Source of the DNA: an uncultured bacterium
GTDB lineage: Bacteria > Myxococcota_A > UBA796 > CAJQPC01
DNA: 64,000 nucleotides
Assembly (NCBI GenBank): GCA_905480105.1
Contig: CAJQPC010000081.1
Span: 10,496 to 74,495, forward strand
Reading direction: 5' to 3'
Shown here: in pieces, positions 53,970 to 61,997 of the stretch
How positions within the stretch are numbered: the first letter of the stretch is position 1
Layout: the number at the start of each line of letters is the position of its first letter
The notes under the pieces: generated by a model
Databases searched by the model: none
Told to the model about the DNA's origin: nothing
What the model saw: the letters and a program-made list of their open reading frames with translations, nothing else
Position numbers and translations under genes: made by a program

Positions 53970-55475
53970 TCATTCCCGCTTTGGCGGCGGACTGGCGGGT
54001 CCCATGGGTCCCCTCGGACCGGGCGCCACTTGAGATCGCCCAGGCGCGTTCTGGCTACCCCGCGGGGGTCCTGGCCGACTTGGAGGTTGGGGCATCTCGA
54101 CGCCCACTTTCTCTCCACTTTGGGCACGCAGGCTCAGGTCCAAGAACTCTCTGGTCGAACGCATCGCAGGCTCCCAGGCCGGCCCTTGCCCAGCGAGGTG
54201 TGCCAAGCGTGCCTGGAGGATGCGGACAATGCCTGTGCGGTTGGGACAAGCCCAGTCTTGGTGGTGCAGTGGGAAGTTGTCTGACAGCAGGGCCAGGGCT
54301 TGGGTGTGGTGGCCTTGGCTGGCCAGGACCCGTACACCCTCGTTGCGTACCTGCTTGACGTTGTAGAAGCGGCTGCCGTGGGGTGCGGAATCCAGCTCGG
54401 CAGCCAGGGCGCGAAGGGCGGCCAGCACCTTGTCGGGCTCGGTCTCTGCGTTGAGTTCTCGTGCCGCTCCCTCCAGGCGCAGGCGGTGCTCCGAGTCGTC
54501 TAAGCCCCACTTCTGCAGGGTGCCGATGGCCTTTGGACCGGGTTGGGCGCCGATGTCGATCAGGCTGTCTCCCGTAGGCAGCCATCCCAGGCCCTCTGCG
54601 GAGAACTGTAGGGGCGTGCGTGTGGCCTTGACGGCCTGGGCTGGCCAGTCCATTGGGTCACCGCCCATCGCTTGTCCATCGGCCATGGCGCGTGCGGCAA
54701 TGCCAAGCGCACGGGCCTGCAGCGTGGCCTCCTCGGCGGTCCAGTAGCCCCAAGGCTCGTCCAGGTGAAGGGGGTCTTGGGACGCCAGGGCAGCCTCGAA
54801 GAGCCGCACGCGCAACGCATGGCGGGCATCGAAGTTCTCGAAAGCGTCGATCTCCAGACCGGCTGCCGCTTGGGTGTAGGGCTGCAGGTCCTGGACCAAG
54901 ACGCGGGCGTCGTTGCCCACATCCTGCCCGGCGGACAGGTCTCGAGCCAGCTCGAGGTAGCGTATGCGGAGTCCGTAAAAGCCAGGCTGGTCCTGGGGAA
55001 GTTCGGCTGCGTTGTCCAATGCAGTACACAGCCTTGCGTCCCGCTCCGCAGCCCGCTGCAGCAGGCCTCGGATTTGGTCGGGAGGCTGCCCTGCTGTGAG
55101 CTCGAGAGCGCTTAGGTCAGTGGCCAAGAGTTGGTATTCCTGGGTGGCCAGGCTCAAATCGCCACTCTCGGCGAAGGCGCGCGCCCGGTCTCTCCGAAGC
55201 GCGGCCAAGTGCCCCAGAGTGCGCATGTGAACCCCCTCCCAGTCGTGCTCCCCATACCACTGAGGACTGGAGACAAAGCCACCCATGTCCCGTTGCCAAG
55301 CCGGGTTGTCTGCAGGAAGTGGGGGGTGCTGTTGCCCTTGGTCCAGGCCCACGCCTTCGGCCGCCCTGGCTGGATCGGATGGACCCAGGGGCTGTTGAGT
55401 TACCGGTGCTGTCAAGGCCACCGGGGGTGTGGAAGAGGGCTGGGGGTCCGAGCAGGCCAAAAGGAACAGAAGCAT
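53970..55475 (-). CDS. Hypothetical alpha-helical lipoprotein (501 aa)
   Basis: MLLFLLAC|S, with an in-frame TAA four codons upstream of the ATG. Pro-rich N- and C-termini. No domain recognised. Confidence 0.55.
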   Translation of the reverse strand: MLLFLLACSDPQPSSTPPVALTAPVTQQPLGPSDPARAAEGVGLDQGQQHPPLPADNPAWQRDMGGFVSSPQWYGEHDWEGVHMRTLGHLAALRRDRARAFAESGDLSLATQEYQLLATDLSALELTAGQPPDQIRGLLQRAAERDARLCTALDNAAELPQDQPGFYGLRIRYLELARDLSAGQDVGNDARVLVQDLQPYTQAAAGLEIDAFENFDARHALRVRLFEAALASQDPLHLDEPWGYWTAEEATLQARALGIAARAMADGQAMGGDPMDWPAQAVKATRTPLQFSAEGLGWLPTGDSLIDIGAQPGPKAIGTLQKWGLDDSEHRLRLEGAARELNAETEPDKVLAALRALAAELDSAPHGSRFYNVKQVRNEGVRVLASQGHHTQALALLSDNFPLHHQDWACPNRTGIVRILQARLAHLAGQGPAWEPAMRSTREFLDLSLRAQSGEKVGVEMPQPPSRPGPPRGSQNAPGRSQVAPGPRGPMGPASPPPKRE

Positions 55476-55529
55476 GTCCTTAGTTTAGCGCTCTGGAGGT
55501 GAATGCTGGTCCAGTGATACCCTTTACGC

Positions 55530-56888
55530 ATGTGGATGCTCTTATTGGCTTGTTCGGGTGATGTGGAACCAGTGCCCCGGCCAACGGCAGGCGTGCAAGG
55601 GGCGCAGCCCGCGCAGCCTGGGGCCCAGCCGCAGCGAATGGGTCCGGCGGGGAAGGGGCCGCAGGGTCCACCTCTCCAAGGTGCGCCTCAAGGTGGGCCC
55701 ATGCCTGGAACGGCTGGAGCGAGCGGAGCCATGCTTCAAGACCCGACTGGTTTTCCCGGGTTTCACAGCATGCCCGCGCCCGAGGGGCCAGGTATTGACG
55801 GCCTGGGCGACTGGGGCCCCAGAGTGCGGCTCAGTCAGGGCAAAGGCGGTGGCTACCGTCCTCAGGTGGCGGTGGGAGCAGACGGGGCGGTGCACACCTT
55901 GTTCTACGAGCGCACGGAGATTGGGGACTTGATTCGCCATCGGGTAGGCCGCGAAGGGCAGTTCTCGGCGCCGGCGGCAGTGGGTTTTGAGGACCAGCGC
56001 AACTGGGGACCGGATCTGGTGGTCCGGGACGACGGAAGTGTCGTGTGCGTCTTTGACCATGCCCAAGAAGACTTTTCCTCGCGGGGATGGTTGACCCTCT
56101 TCGAGAATGGCACCTGGTCTACGCCAGAGGCGCTCACGGTAGAGGACCCAAAAGCCGAGATTGGAAGCGGACATGTGGCCCATGGAGTCGGCGAAATGCT
56201 GTACTACGTGTGGATAGGAAAGCAGATGGATCCCACCCAGCACTTTCAGGCCCGTGGGCGGGTCTATGACGGCCAGAGCTGGGGCTCGGTGGTTCCCCTG
56301 TCTGCTGGAAAACAAGACGCTTGGCACACCAACGTGGAGCGCCGGCCAGATGGCAGTGCCTTGGTGGGCTTTGACGTGGGCAAGGGGGGCGGAGAGACCA
56401 CCCTCTACGTGGGCGAGGCACGGGATGGCCGTTTTTCCGAGCCCGTGGATATGACCACCTCGGCACCTCCAGGGGAGCGGCCCCACTTTGCTTTTGGGCC
56501 CGACGGTCAGGACCACGTGACCTGGTTCCACAAGGAGCAGGGAAAGCCCATCCATGTCTACGTGCGCTCTGGGCTAAACATGGAGTGGGGCGAGAGCACC
56601 GAGCTAAGCGCGGGTTACGGCGGCTTTCACTTTGATCCGGAGATCGCGGTAAACGCCGACGGGGTGCGGGTTGTGGTCTGGGGGTGGGACGCCGGTTCGG
56701 ACGCGGAACTCGTCTACAGCACGGACAAGGGCCAGGGCTGGAGCACCCCAAAGAAGGTCGATGATCTGGACTGGGGCAAGCCGGGTCTGGCCAGCTTGGT
56801 TGCGGGGCCTGATGGCCGCTTTCACGTGGTGTGGAACCAAGGGGTTCGAGGGGAAAACCACGTCTACTACCGGGTGCTCACGCCGTGA
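55530..56888 (+). CDS. Beta-propeller-like lipoprotein, related in blade pattern to the N-terminal half of 44992..47436
   Basis: MWMLLLAC|S, with an in-frame TGA four codons upstream. P/G/Q-rich linker. Blades: VAVGADGAVHTLFYE, LVVRDDGSVVCVFDH, VERRPDGSALVGFD, FAFGPDGQDHVTWFH, IAVNADGVRVVVWGW, LVAGPDGRFHVVWNQ. Confidence 0.6.
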   Translation: MWMLLLACSGDVEPVPRPTAGVQGAQPAQPGAQPQRMGPAGKGPQGPPLQGAPQGGPMPGTAGASGAMLQDPTGFPGFHSMPAPEGPGIDGLGDWGPRVRLSQGKGGGYRPQVAVGADGAVHTLFYERTEIGDLIRHRVGREGQFSAPAAVGFEDQRNWGPDLVVRDDGSVVCVFDHAQEDFSSRGWLTLFENGTWSTPEALTVEDPKAEIGSGHVAHGVGEMLYYVWIGKQMDPTQHFQARGRVYDGQSWGSVVPLSAGKQDAWHTNVERRPDGSALVGFDVGKGGGETTLYVGEARDGRFSEPVDMTTSAPPGERPHFAFGPDGQDHVTWFHKEQGKPIHVYVRSGLNMEWGESTELSAGYGGFHFDPEIAVNADGVRVVVWGWDAGSDAELVYSTDKGQGWSTPKKVDDLDWGKPGLASLVAGPDGRFHVVWNQGVRGENHVYYRVLTP

Positions 56889-58321
56889 TCTCACTCAGCG
56901 TCATGCAGCTCTTGGCGTGCACCGGTTCCGAGCCGGGCCCTGCTGATGTGGCGGCACCCCCAGGCCCAGCTCAAATGGGTCCAGCTCAGAGGGGGCCGCC
57001 GCATGGACCGCCACCGCAGGGAGGCCCCCAGGCTCAGGCCTTCCACGCACAGGTTGAGATGCAGCTGGTGGGGGAGACGCCCAAGTGGGGCCCCAGCATC
57101 CTGATCATCAGCTTGGACACGGTCAACGCGGAGACACTGGCCTTGTATGGGGGCATTGCACAGACCCCGAACATCGACAAGATCGCCGCTCGCGGGGTGC
57201 TCGTGGAGCAGGCCATCAGCCACTTCCCCGAGACCTGCTTGAGTCATTGGAGCATGCTCTCGGGGGTGCTGCCAGAGGTGCATGGGAACGCGCCAGCCAA
57301 CCGGGGGTCCATCTACACCGGCCCCACTCTGGTGGAGATTGCGGGGAGCGCTGGCTACCGCAGCGGGGCCGTCATCGGGGGCATTACCCTGCAGGATCAG
57401 GCCTGTGGACTGGGTCGGGGCTTTGACCACTACGATGACCGGGTGCCCAACAATCCCCAGGACTTCACCCGGCCAGCCCCCCAAGTCACCAAGAATGCGG
57501 TGGCTTGGATACAGCAGCGCCCGGGTCCTTACGTGGCCTTTGTCCACTACTTTGACGCCCATTTCCCCTATACGCCCAAGGCGGAGTACGCGGCGAAGTA
57601 CGGCACTGGGTACAGCGGCGCGCTCACGGGATCCGACGTGGATCTTCGGCCCTTCCGAGACGGTGGAAAGACACCCACGGCCGATGAATTGGCCCACATC
57701 CACAGCCTCTATGCCGCCGAGATCACCCAACTCGACGCGGCTCTGGGGCCCCTGCTGGACGCGGTGGACCCGAACAACACCATCGTGGTCATCACCGCCG
57801 ACCACGGGGAGAGCTTCGGACACGACTACTGGTTCAACCACCGCGAAGGGCTCTGGGATCAAGTCATCCGGGTGCCTTTGATCGTCGCGGGACCTGGCTT
57901 TGAGCCTGGGGTGCGCATCTCGGAGCAGGTGGGGTTGATCGATCTGGCACCGACTGTGCTGGCGGCTGCTGGACTGCCCACCGACACCGGCATGATGGGG
58001 ACGGACTTGCGCGCGCTAGGCCAGGCCGGCGAGGTGACCAGCATCACGGACCCTTGGCGGGAGCAGAGCAGCATGGCCGTGCGGAACGCGGCCCTAAAAG
58101 TGCTGATCACCCCCTCCCGACAGCTTGGCTACGACTTGGTCCAGGACCCCAACGAGCTCGCGCCCTTTGTCGTGACCAACGTGGATGAGCAGCTGCAGAC
58201 CTACAGTCAGATCCTGAAGCGCTACGCCCCCCGCCAAGTCGCTGCTCCAGCTGCACCACCACCCCTGGACCCTCAGCGGGTCGAGCAGCTCGAGAGCCTG
58301 GGCTACATCGCACCGGACTAG
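56885..58321 (+). CDS. Alkaline-phosphatase-superfamily (sulfatase-fold) lipoprotein, paralogue of 47433..48869
   Basis: The GTG start overlaps the upstream stop (GTGA) and gives (M)ISLSVMQLLAC|T. ILIISLDTVNAE, PETCLSHWSMLSGVLPEVHG, ITADHGESFGHD and a C-terminal LESLGYIAPD. Confidence 0.8.
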   Translation: MISLSVMQLLACTGSEPGPADVAAPPGPAQMGPAQRGPPHGPPPQGGPQAQAFHAQVEMQLVGETPKWGPSILIISLDTVNAETLALYGGIAQTPNIDKIAARGVLVEQAISHFPETCLSHWSMLSGVLPEVHGNAPANRGSIYTGPTLVEIAGSAGYRSGAVIGGITLQDQACGLGRGFDHYDDRVPNNPQDFTRPAPQVTKNAVAWIQQRPGPYVAFVHYFDAHFPYTPKAEYAAKYGTGYSGALTGSDVDLRPFRDGGKTPTADELAHIHSLYAAEITQLDAALGPLLDAVDPNNTIVVITADHGESFGHDYWFNHREGLWDQVIRVPLIVAGPGFEPGVRISEQVGLIDLAPTVLAAAGLPTDTGMMGTDLRALGQAGEVTSITDPWREQSSMAVRNAALKVLITPSRQLGYDLVQDPNELAPFVVTNVDEQLQTYSQILKRYAPRQVAAPAAPPPLDPQRVEQLESLGYIAPD

Positions 58322-58336
58322 CCGCCGGAGCTTGGC

Positions 58337-58657
58337 TCAGGTGTCGTCTTCGCCGTCGCAGTTGGAGTCGACACCATCGCCGCTTGTCTCTGGAGCACCC
58401 GGGAAAACATCTGGGTCCGTATCGTCGCAGTCCAGGCTGGCTCGGCTGCCATCCGCGTCGGCGTCCAGGTAGCCGGAGTCCGGTATTCCATAGAGTGCGA
58501 CGGCCTCTTTTTCGGTGCAGGCGCCCAGGCCCAGGCCGAGAAGAGCCACCGCGCCGGCCAGGAGCGGCGTGCTTAGGCCCATTGGGGCGGCGCTGCAGTG
58601 TGCACATGCGCGCTCGCTGTGGGTTGGGGTGCCGCAAGAAGTGCAAGGCTTGAGCAT
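58337..58657 (-). CDS. Small protein with a MopE-like putative metal-binding motif; an N-terminal Zn-ribbon is present if translated from the first ATG
   Basis: DCDDTDPDVFPGAPETSGDGVDSNCDGEDD matches the putative metal-binding motif family known from myxobacteria. M1 gives CTSCGTPTHSERACAHC (CxxC-x9-CxxC). M26 (58582) gives a classical lipoprotein signal, MGLSTPLLAGAVALLGLGLGAC|T. Confidence 0.55.
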   Translation of the reverse strand: MLKPCTSCGTPTHSERACAHCSAAPMGLSTPLLAGAVALLGLGLGACTEKEAVALYGIPDSGYLDADADGSRASLDCDDTDPDVFPGAPETSGDGVDSNCDGEDDT

Positions 58658-58777
58658 GGATGCGTCCAGGATTGGTGATTCAGCAGCAGATACAACGATG
58701 GCCCACTCCGCAGACAGTAGCAGCGAGATGGGCCATTCGTGTGGGGCTGAATTGAAACTCAGCAGCGAAGCGTCAGC

Positions 58778-58912
58778 TTAGTTGCGTCCGGTGACGGCTT
58801 TCATGCGGCCGCCAGCCTTGCGAACCTTGAGCAGGCCGGTCTTGCGCATGCGCTCCTTGCGCTTCTTGGCCTTGAGCTTTGCGCGGTGACGTGCGGATGC
58901 GTTCTTTGCCAT
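58778..58912 (-). CDS. Very basic 44-aa protein (hypothetical)
   Basis: MAKNASARHRAKLKAKKRKERMRKTGLLKVRKAGGRMKAVTGRN, with GGAGAC 5 nt upstream of the ATG. About 40% K/R. The track ORF start at 58981 has no RBS logic. Confidence 0.5.
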   Translation of the reverse strand: MAKNASARHRAKLKAKKRKERMRKTGLLKVRKAGGRMKAVTGRN

Positions 58913-58981
58913 GGGGGTCTCCAATACGTGGTGCAGCCTGCTGTGGCCGCGGACCTGGGCGGTTAACCCGATCCTCTGCAA

Positions 58982-59587
58982 TCAGTCCAGTTCTGGAAGA
59001 TCCTCACCGTGGACGGTGGCGAGCGCGTCTCCGTAAACGTCGGTCCAGTAGCTCACCAGAGGGTCCGTTCCGCGCTGGGCAGCTTCCAACTCTCCGATGA
59101 CCTCGATGGAGGTGATGTTCTCGGAGACGGGAGTGAGAAGAAAGCCTCCTTCCATACGCGAGATGAAAGGGGTCCCGTTCACCTTGGCGTAGCGGCCTGC
59201 GATGCGCTCGGCCGACACCCGGTCCTGCCACCAGTCGAGATCGAACTCGATTGTGACGATGTTGGGCACCACATTGGAGGTTCGAAAGGACACCGCATAC
59301 TCTGGGCGATTGTCCCACTCGACCTCGTATTCGCTCACCATGCGGCGATCCAAGAGCACCAAGGGGTCCTGAAAGGCCAACCATGTTGACTCTATGTCGG
59401 CATGCACGTAGCCCTTGCCATGCACCCAGTCTGTGCTGCCGGCGACCCCCACAACGGTGTTTAGGGTCTCGCTCTGGTCGGCTGGAAACTCAGCGGTGTT
59501 CTTTGCGATGGGGGCCAGATCTGCAGAGATGTCGCCGGTGTCGTTGGTGGGCGCGTCTTTTACGCATGCAATCAGAAGCAGGATCAT
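58982..59587 (-). CDS. Hypothetical lipoprotein (201 aa), possibly with an SRPBCC/START-like fold
   Basis: The internal ATG gives MILLLIAC|V. The mature part has mixed alpha/beta character. The fold guess is weak. Confidence 0.45.
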   Translation of the reverse strand: MILLLIACVKDAPTNDTGDISADLAPIAKNTAEFPADQSETLNTVVGVAGSTDWVHGKGYVHADIESTWLAFQDPLVLLDRRMVSEYEVEWDNRPEYAVSFRTSNVVPNIVTIEFDLDWWQDRVSAERIAGRYAKVNGTPFISRMEGGFLLTPVSENITSIEVIGELEAAQRGTDPLVSYWTDVYGDALATVHGEDLPELD

Positions 59588-59691
59588 GGCGGGCAAGTAC
59601 CGTGCTTTGGGTGGGGCGTCGTGTTCAGTTTGCAGAAAAAACCATTGACAGGTCAATCAAAACGGGATCCTTAGGTATTTCGGAGGCCCGG

Positions 59692-60630
59692 ATGCCAAGA
59701 AGAGAGACTCTGCGAAAGCGCGCTGCGGCGGGGTTGGTAGTCCTCGGGGTGAGTTGCGTTGGCGTGGCCCTGGTCCCCACCGTAGATGCCGGCCCCACTC
59801 GGGTTCAGTTTGTTGGATGGGCGCCTCCCGCGTGGCACCCCCAGGCCGGCGCATTAGAAAGCTTGGCGGAGATGGATCAGGCTCCAATGGGTCGCGTATC
59901 CGGTCTGAGTGCCCGCTCGAGCTACCTCTACGATGTCGACTCCGGCGAGGTGCTGCATGCGGCCAACGCCGATGACCGCAGGCCAGTCGCCAGCCTGACC
60001 AAGCTGACCACTGCGCTGGCTTGGGCGAGCGAAGGCAAGGAACTCCAGGAGAGCTACTGTGTGGACAGCCGCTTTTATCCCACCCGGAGCGGTGCCTACT
60101 CCAAGCTGAGCACCGGAGAGTGCTACCGGGGCTGGGACCTGCTTGGCGCGGCTTTGGTTAGCTCGGACAATCGGGGCGCCTATGGGGTTCAGGTCGCCAG
60201 CGGGCTGTCCTTTGACCGCTTTATCGGGCGCATGGACCAGGTCAGCTGGGAGCTGGGCATGACCCAATCAACTTGGGCCGAGCCCTCTGGTCTGGACGAT
60301 GAGAACCTGTCCACCGCCCGAGACATGGCCAAGGCGGCTCTTGCGGTCTCCGCGCATCCCACCTTGTCCATCCCTGCCACTTCAGCGACGTGGCGTTTGG
60401 AACAAGCCGACGGAACGCTGAACCGTGAACTCTACGCCACAGACCGTTTGGTAGCGCGTAGGGATCTGGAATTGCTGGCGGGAAAGACTGGGTACACGGA
60501 CACCGCTGGCTACTGCTTTGCCGGTGTGGTGCGAACACGGCAGGGCCGCACGGTCGCCTTCTCTGTCCTGGGGGCACCGAGTTCTAACAAGCGTTGGGCG
60601 GATGTAGACCGGCTGCTTGAGTCGCTGTAG
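59692..60630 (+). CDS. D-alanyl-D-alanine carboxypeptidase/endopeptidase (peptidase S11, PBP5/PBP7-like)
   Basis: The ATG has a GGAGG RBS. Signal-anchor LVVLGVSCVGVALV. SxxK (VASLTK), SxN (SSDN) and KTG (GKTGYT) motifs are in the correct order. Confidence 0.85.
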   Translation: MPRRETLRKRAAAGLVVLGVSCVGVALVPTVDAGPTRVQFVGWAPPAWHPQAGALESLAEMDQAPMGRVSGLSARSSYLYDVDSGEVLHAANADDRRPVASLTKLTTALAWASEGKELQESYCVDSRFYPTRSGAYSKLSTGECYRGWDLLGAALVSSDNRGAYGVQVASGLSFDRFIGRMDQVSWELGMTQSTWAEPSGLDDENLSTARDMAKAALAVSAHPTLSIPATSATWRLEQADGTLNRELYATDRLVARRDLELLAGKTGYTDTAGYCFAGVVRTRQGRTVAFSVLGAPSSNKRWADVDRLLESL

Positions 60631-60707
60631 GCACTTGGGTTCCAGCGTGAGTTTGCGTTCTCCTTCGGGTGAGTTCGGTTAGTCACTGAGCGACCTGCGG
60701 AGCACTC

Positions 60708-61997
60708 ATGTCCAAACGTATTCCTGTCCATTTGGTGGTCGGCTTTTTGGGGGCCGGGAAGACTAGCCTTCTCTTAGATCAGCTGCGCCAGCGGCAAGAC
60801 AAGGAACGCTGCGCGGTGCTCGTCAACGACTTTGGCGAGGCTCGAATCGACGCCACCTTGCTGGGTGGCCGGGTCGCCATTCAGGAGATCGCAGGGGGGT
60901 GTGTGTGCTGCACCGCGCCAGCGGACTTGGTGCCTGCTCTGGATGTTTTGCTTCAAGACCCCAAGCTGGACCGCATCTTCATCGAGGCCACCGGTCTGGC
61001 ACGGCCCTCCGACATTCTGGACACACTGAGCCGTTCCACGCTCAAGGAGCGCATCTTCTTGGCTCCTGTGGTTGCGGTGCTCGATCCCCGTCGCTTGGTG
61101 GGCATGGCCCCGCCTTTGGTTTTGGAGCAGATGGACGCCAGCGATGTGCTGGTCTGTAACTGGAACGATTCCACCGACATGCATGCCCAAGAGGCAGTGC
61201 AGGCCCATGCCCAAGGTCACTTTCCCCCCTGGCTGGCGGTTGTCGAGTCCACCAAAGGTGGGGTTCCCACCGACCTCTTCGATTTGCGGAGGAAAGGGCC
61301 CAGCATTCGAATGCGCCAGACCACGCCGTCCACCCAGGGCTACGCAGCGGCGTCTCAGACTTGGTCTCCGGACACGATCTTTGACCTAAAGGCACTCAAG
61401 GAGTTGTTCGAGAAGAGCGGAGCGGAGCGCATCAAGGGACTCTTTCACACGGATCTGGGCTGGACGGTGCTTCAGCGCGCCGGGGGCACGGTCTCTGCAT
61501 GTGCGAGCGGGCTGCGCTCGGTCTCCGCGGTGGATGTCATCGTCAAGGGGGGCGAAGAGCAAGGCAAAGTTTTGCTTCAAGCCATCGATGATGCCCGCTA
61601 CCACGCGGATCCCCATAGCATCGGTCAGCTCACCCTAAGCGATGGAAAGGGCTACTCAGCCGCCCTCAATCGCTGGTCCCTGGCCACCTTGCCTGGCCAG
61701 GTACCCGAGGTCTCGACTTTGGTGCCCAAGCGCCAAGGCACGGGTGTGTTTTTGTCTGAGATAGTGAACCTGCTGCACCCCGGCCCCCAGGCCGAAGTGA
61801 TGCTGGTGGCCAGCGACGGCATGGTGAGCGGCCCCACTGCGGTGAGTGAGCTGGGACGCGCGGTGCTTGTCTACCTCTTGGATGGCGGTGAGCTGCCGGC
61901 GAACAAGGGGGGGCCGTTCCGCATCTTTGTGCCCGAAGGCGAGGGCGCCTGCGCCAACGTAAAGGGCTTGGCCCGTATTGAGCTTGTGGAGAAGTGA
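60708..61997 (+). CDS. COG0523-family (CobW/YjiA-like) metallochaperone GTPase with an extra C-terminal domain
   Basis: [13 protein letters not shown] (P-loop), GGCVCCT (CxCC metal motif) and [10 protein letters not shown] CobW_C-like middle region is followed by an additional approx 125 aa ending [29 protein letters not shown]. Confidence 0.85.
   Translation: MSKRIPVHLVVGFLGAGKTSLLLDQLRQRQDKERCAVLVNDFGEARIDATLLGGRVAIQEIAGGCVCCTAPADLVPALDVLLQDPKLDRIFIEATGLARPSDILDTLSRSTLKERIFLAPVVAVLDPRRLVGMAPPLVLEQMDASDVLVCNWNDSTDMHAQEAVQAHAQGHFPPWLAVVESTKGGVPTDLFDLRRKGPSIRMRQTTPSTQGYAAASQTWSPDTIFDLKALKELFEKSGAERIKGLFHTDLGWTVLQRAGGTVSACASGLRSVSAVDVIVKGGEEQGKVLLQAIDDARYHADPHSIGQLTLSDGKGYSAALNRWSLATLPGQVPEVSTLVPKRQGTGVFLSEIVNLLHPGPQAEVMLVASDGMVSGPTAVSELGRAVLVYLLDGGELPANKGGPFRIFVPEGEGACANVKGLARIELVEK

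Noticed and set aside
55542-57862. Minus-strand ORFs 55542-56555 (337 aa) and 56891-57862 (323 aa)
   Set aside because: They are antisense to the beta-propeller and AlkP-fold genes, whose motifs (ADG blades, TADHGES) are clear. Their sequences are Arg/Pro/Gly-rich and low in information.
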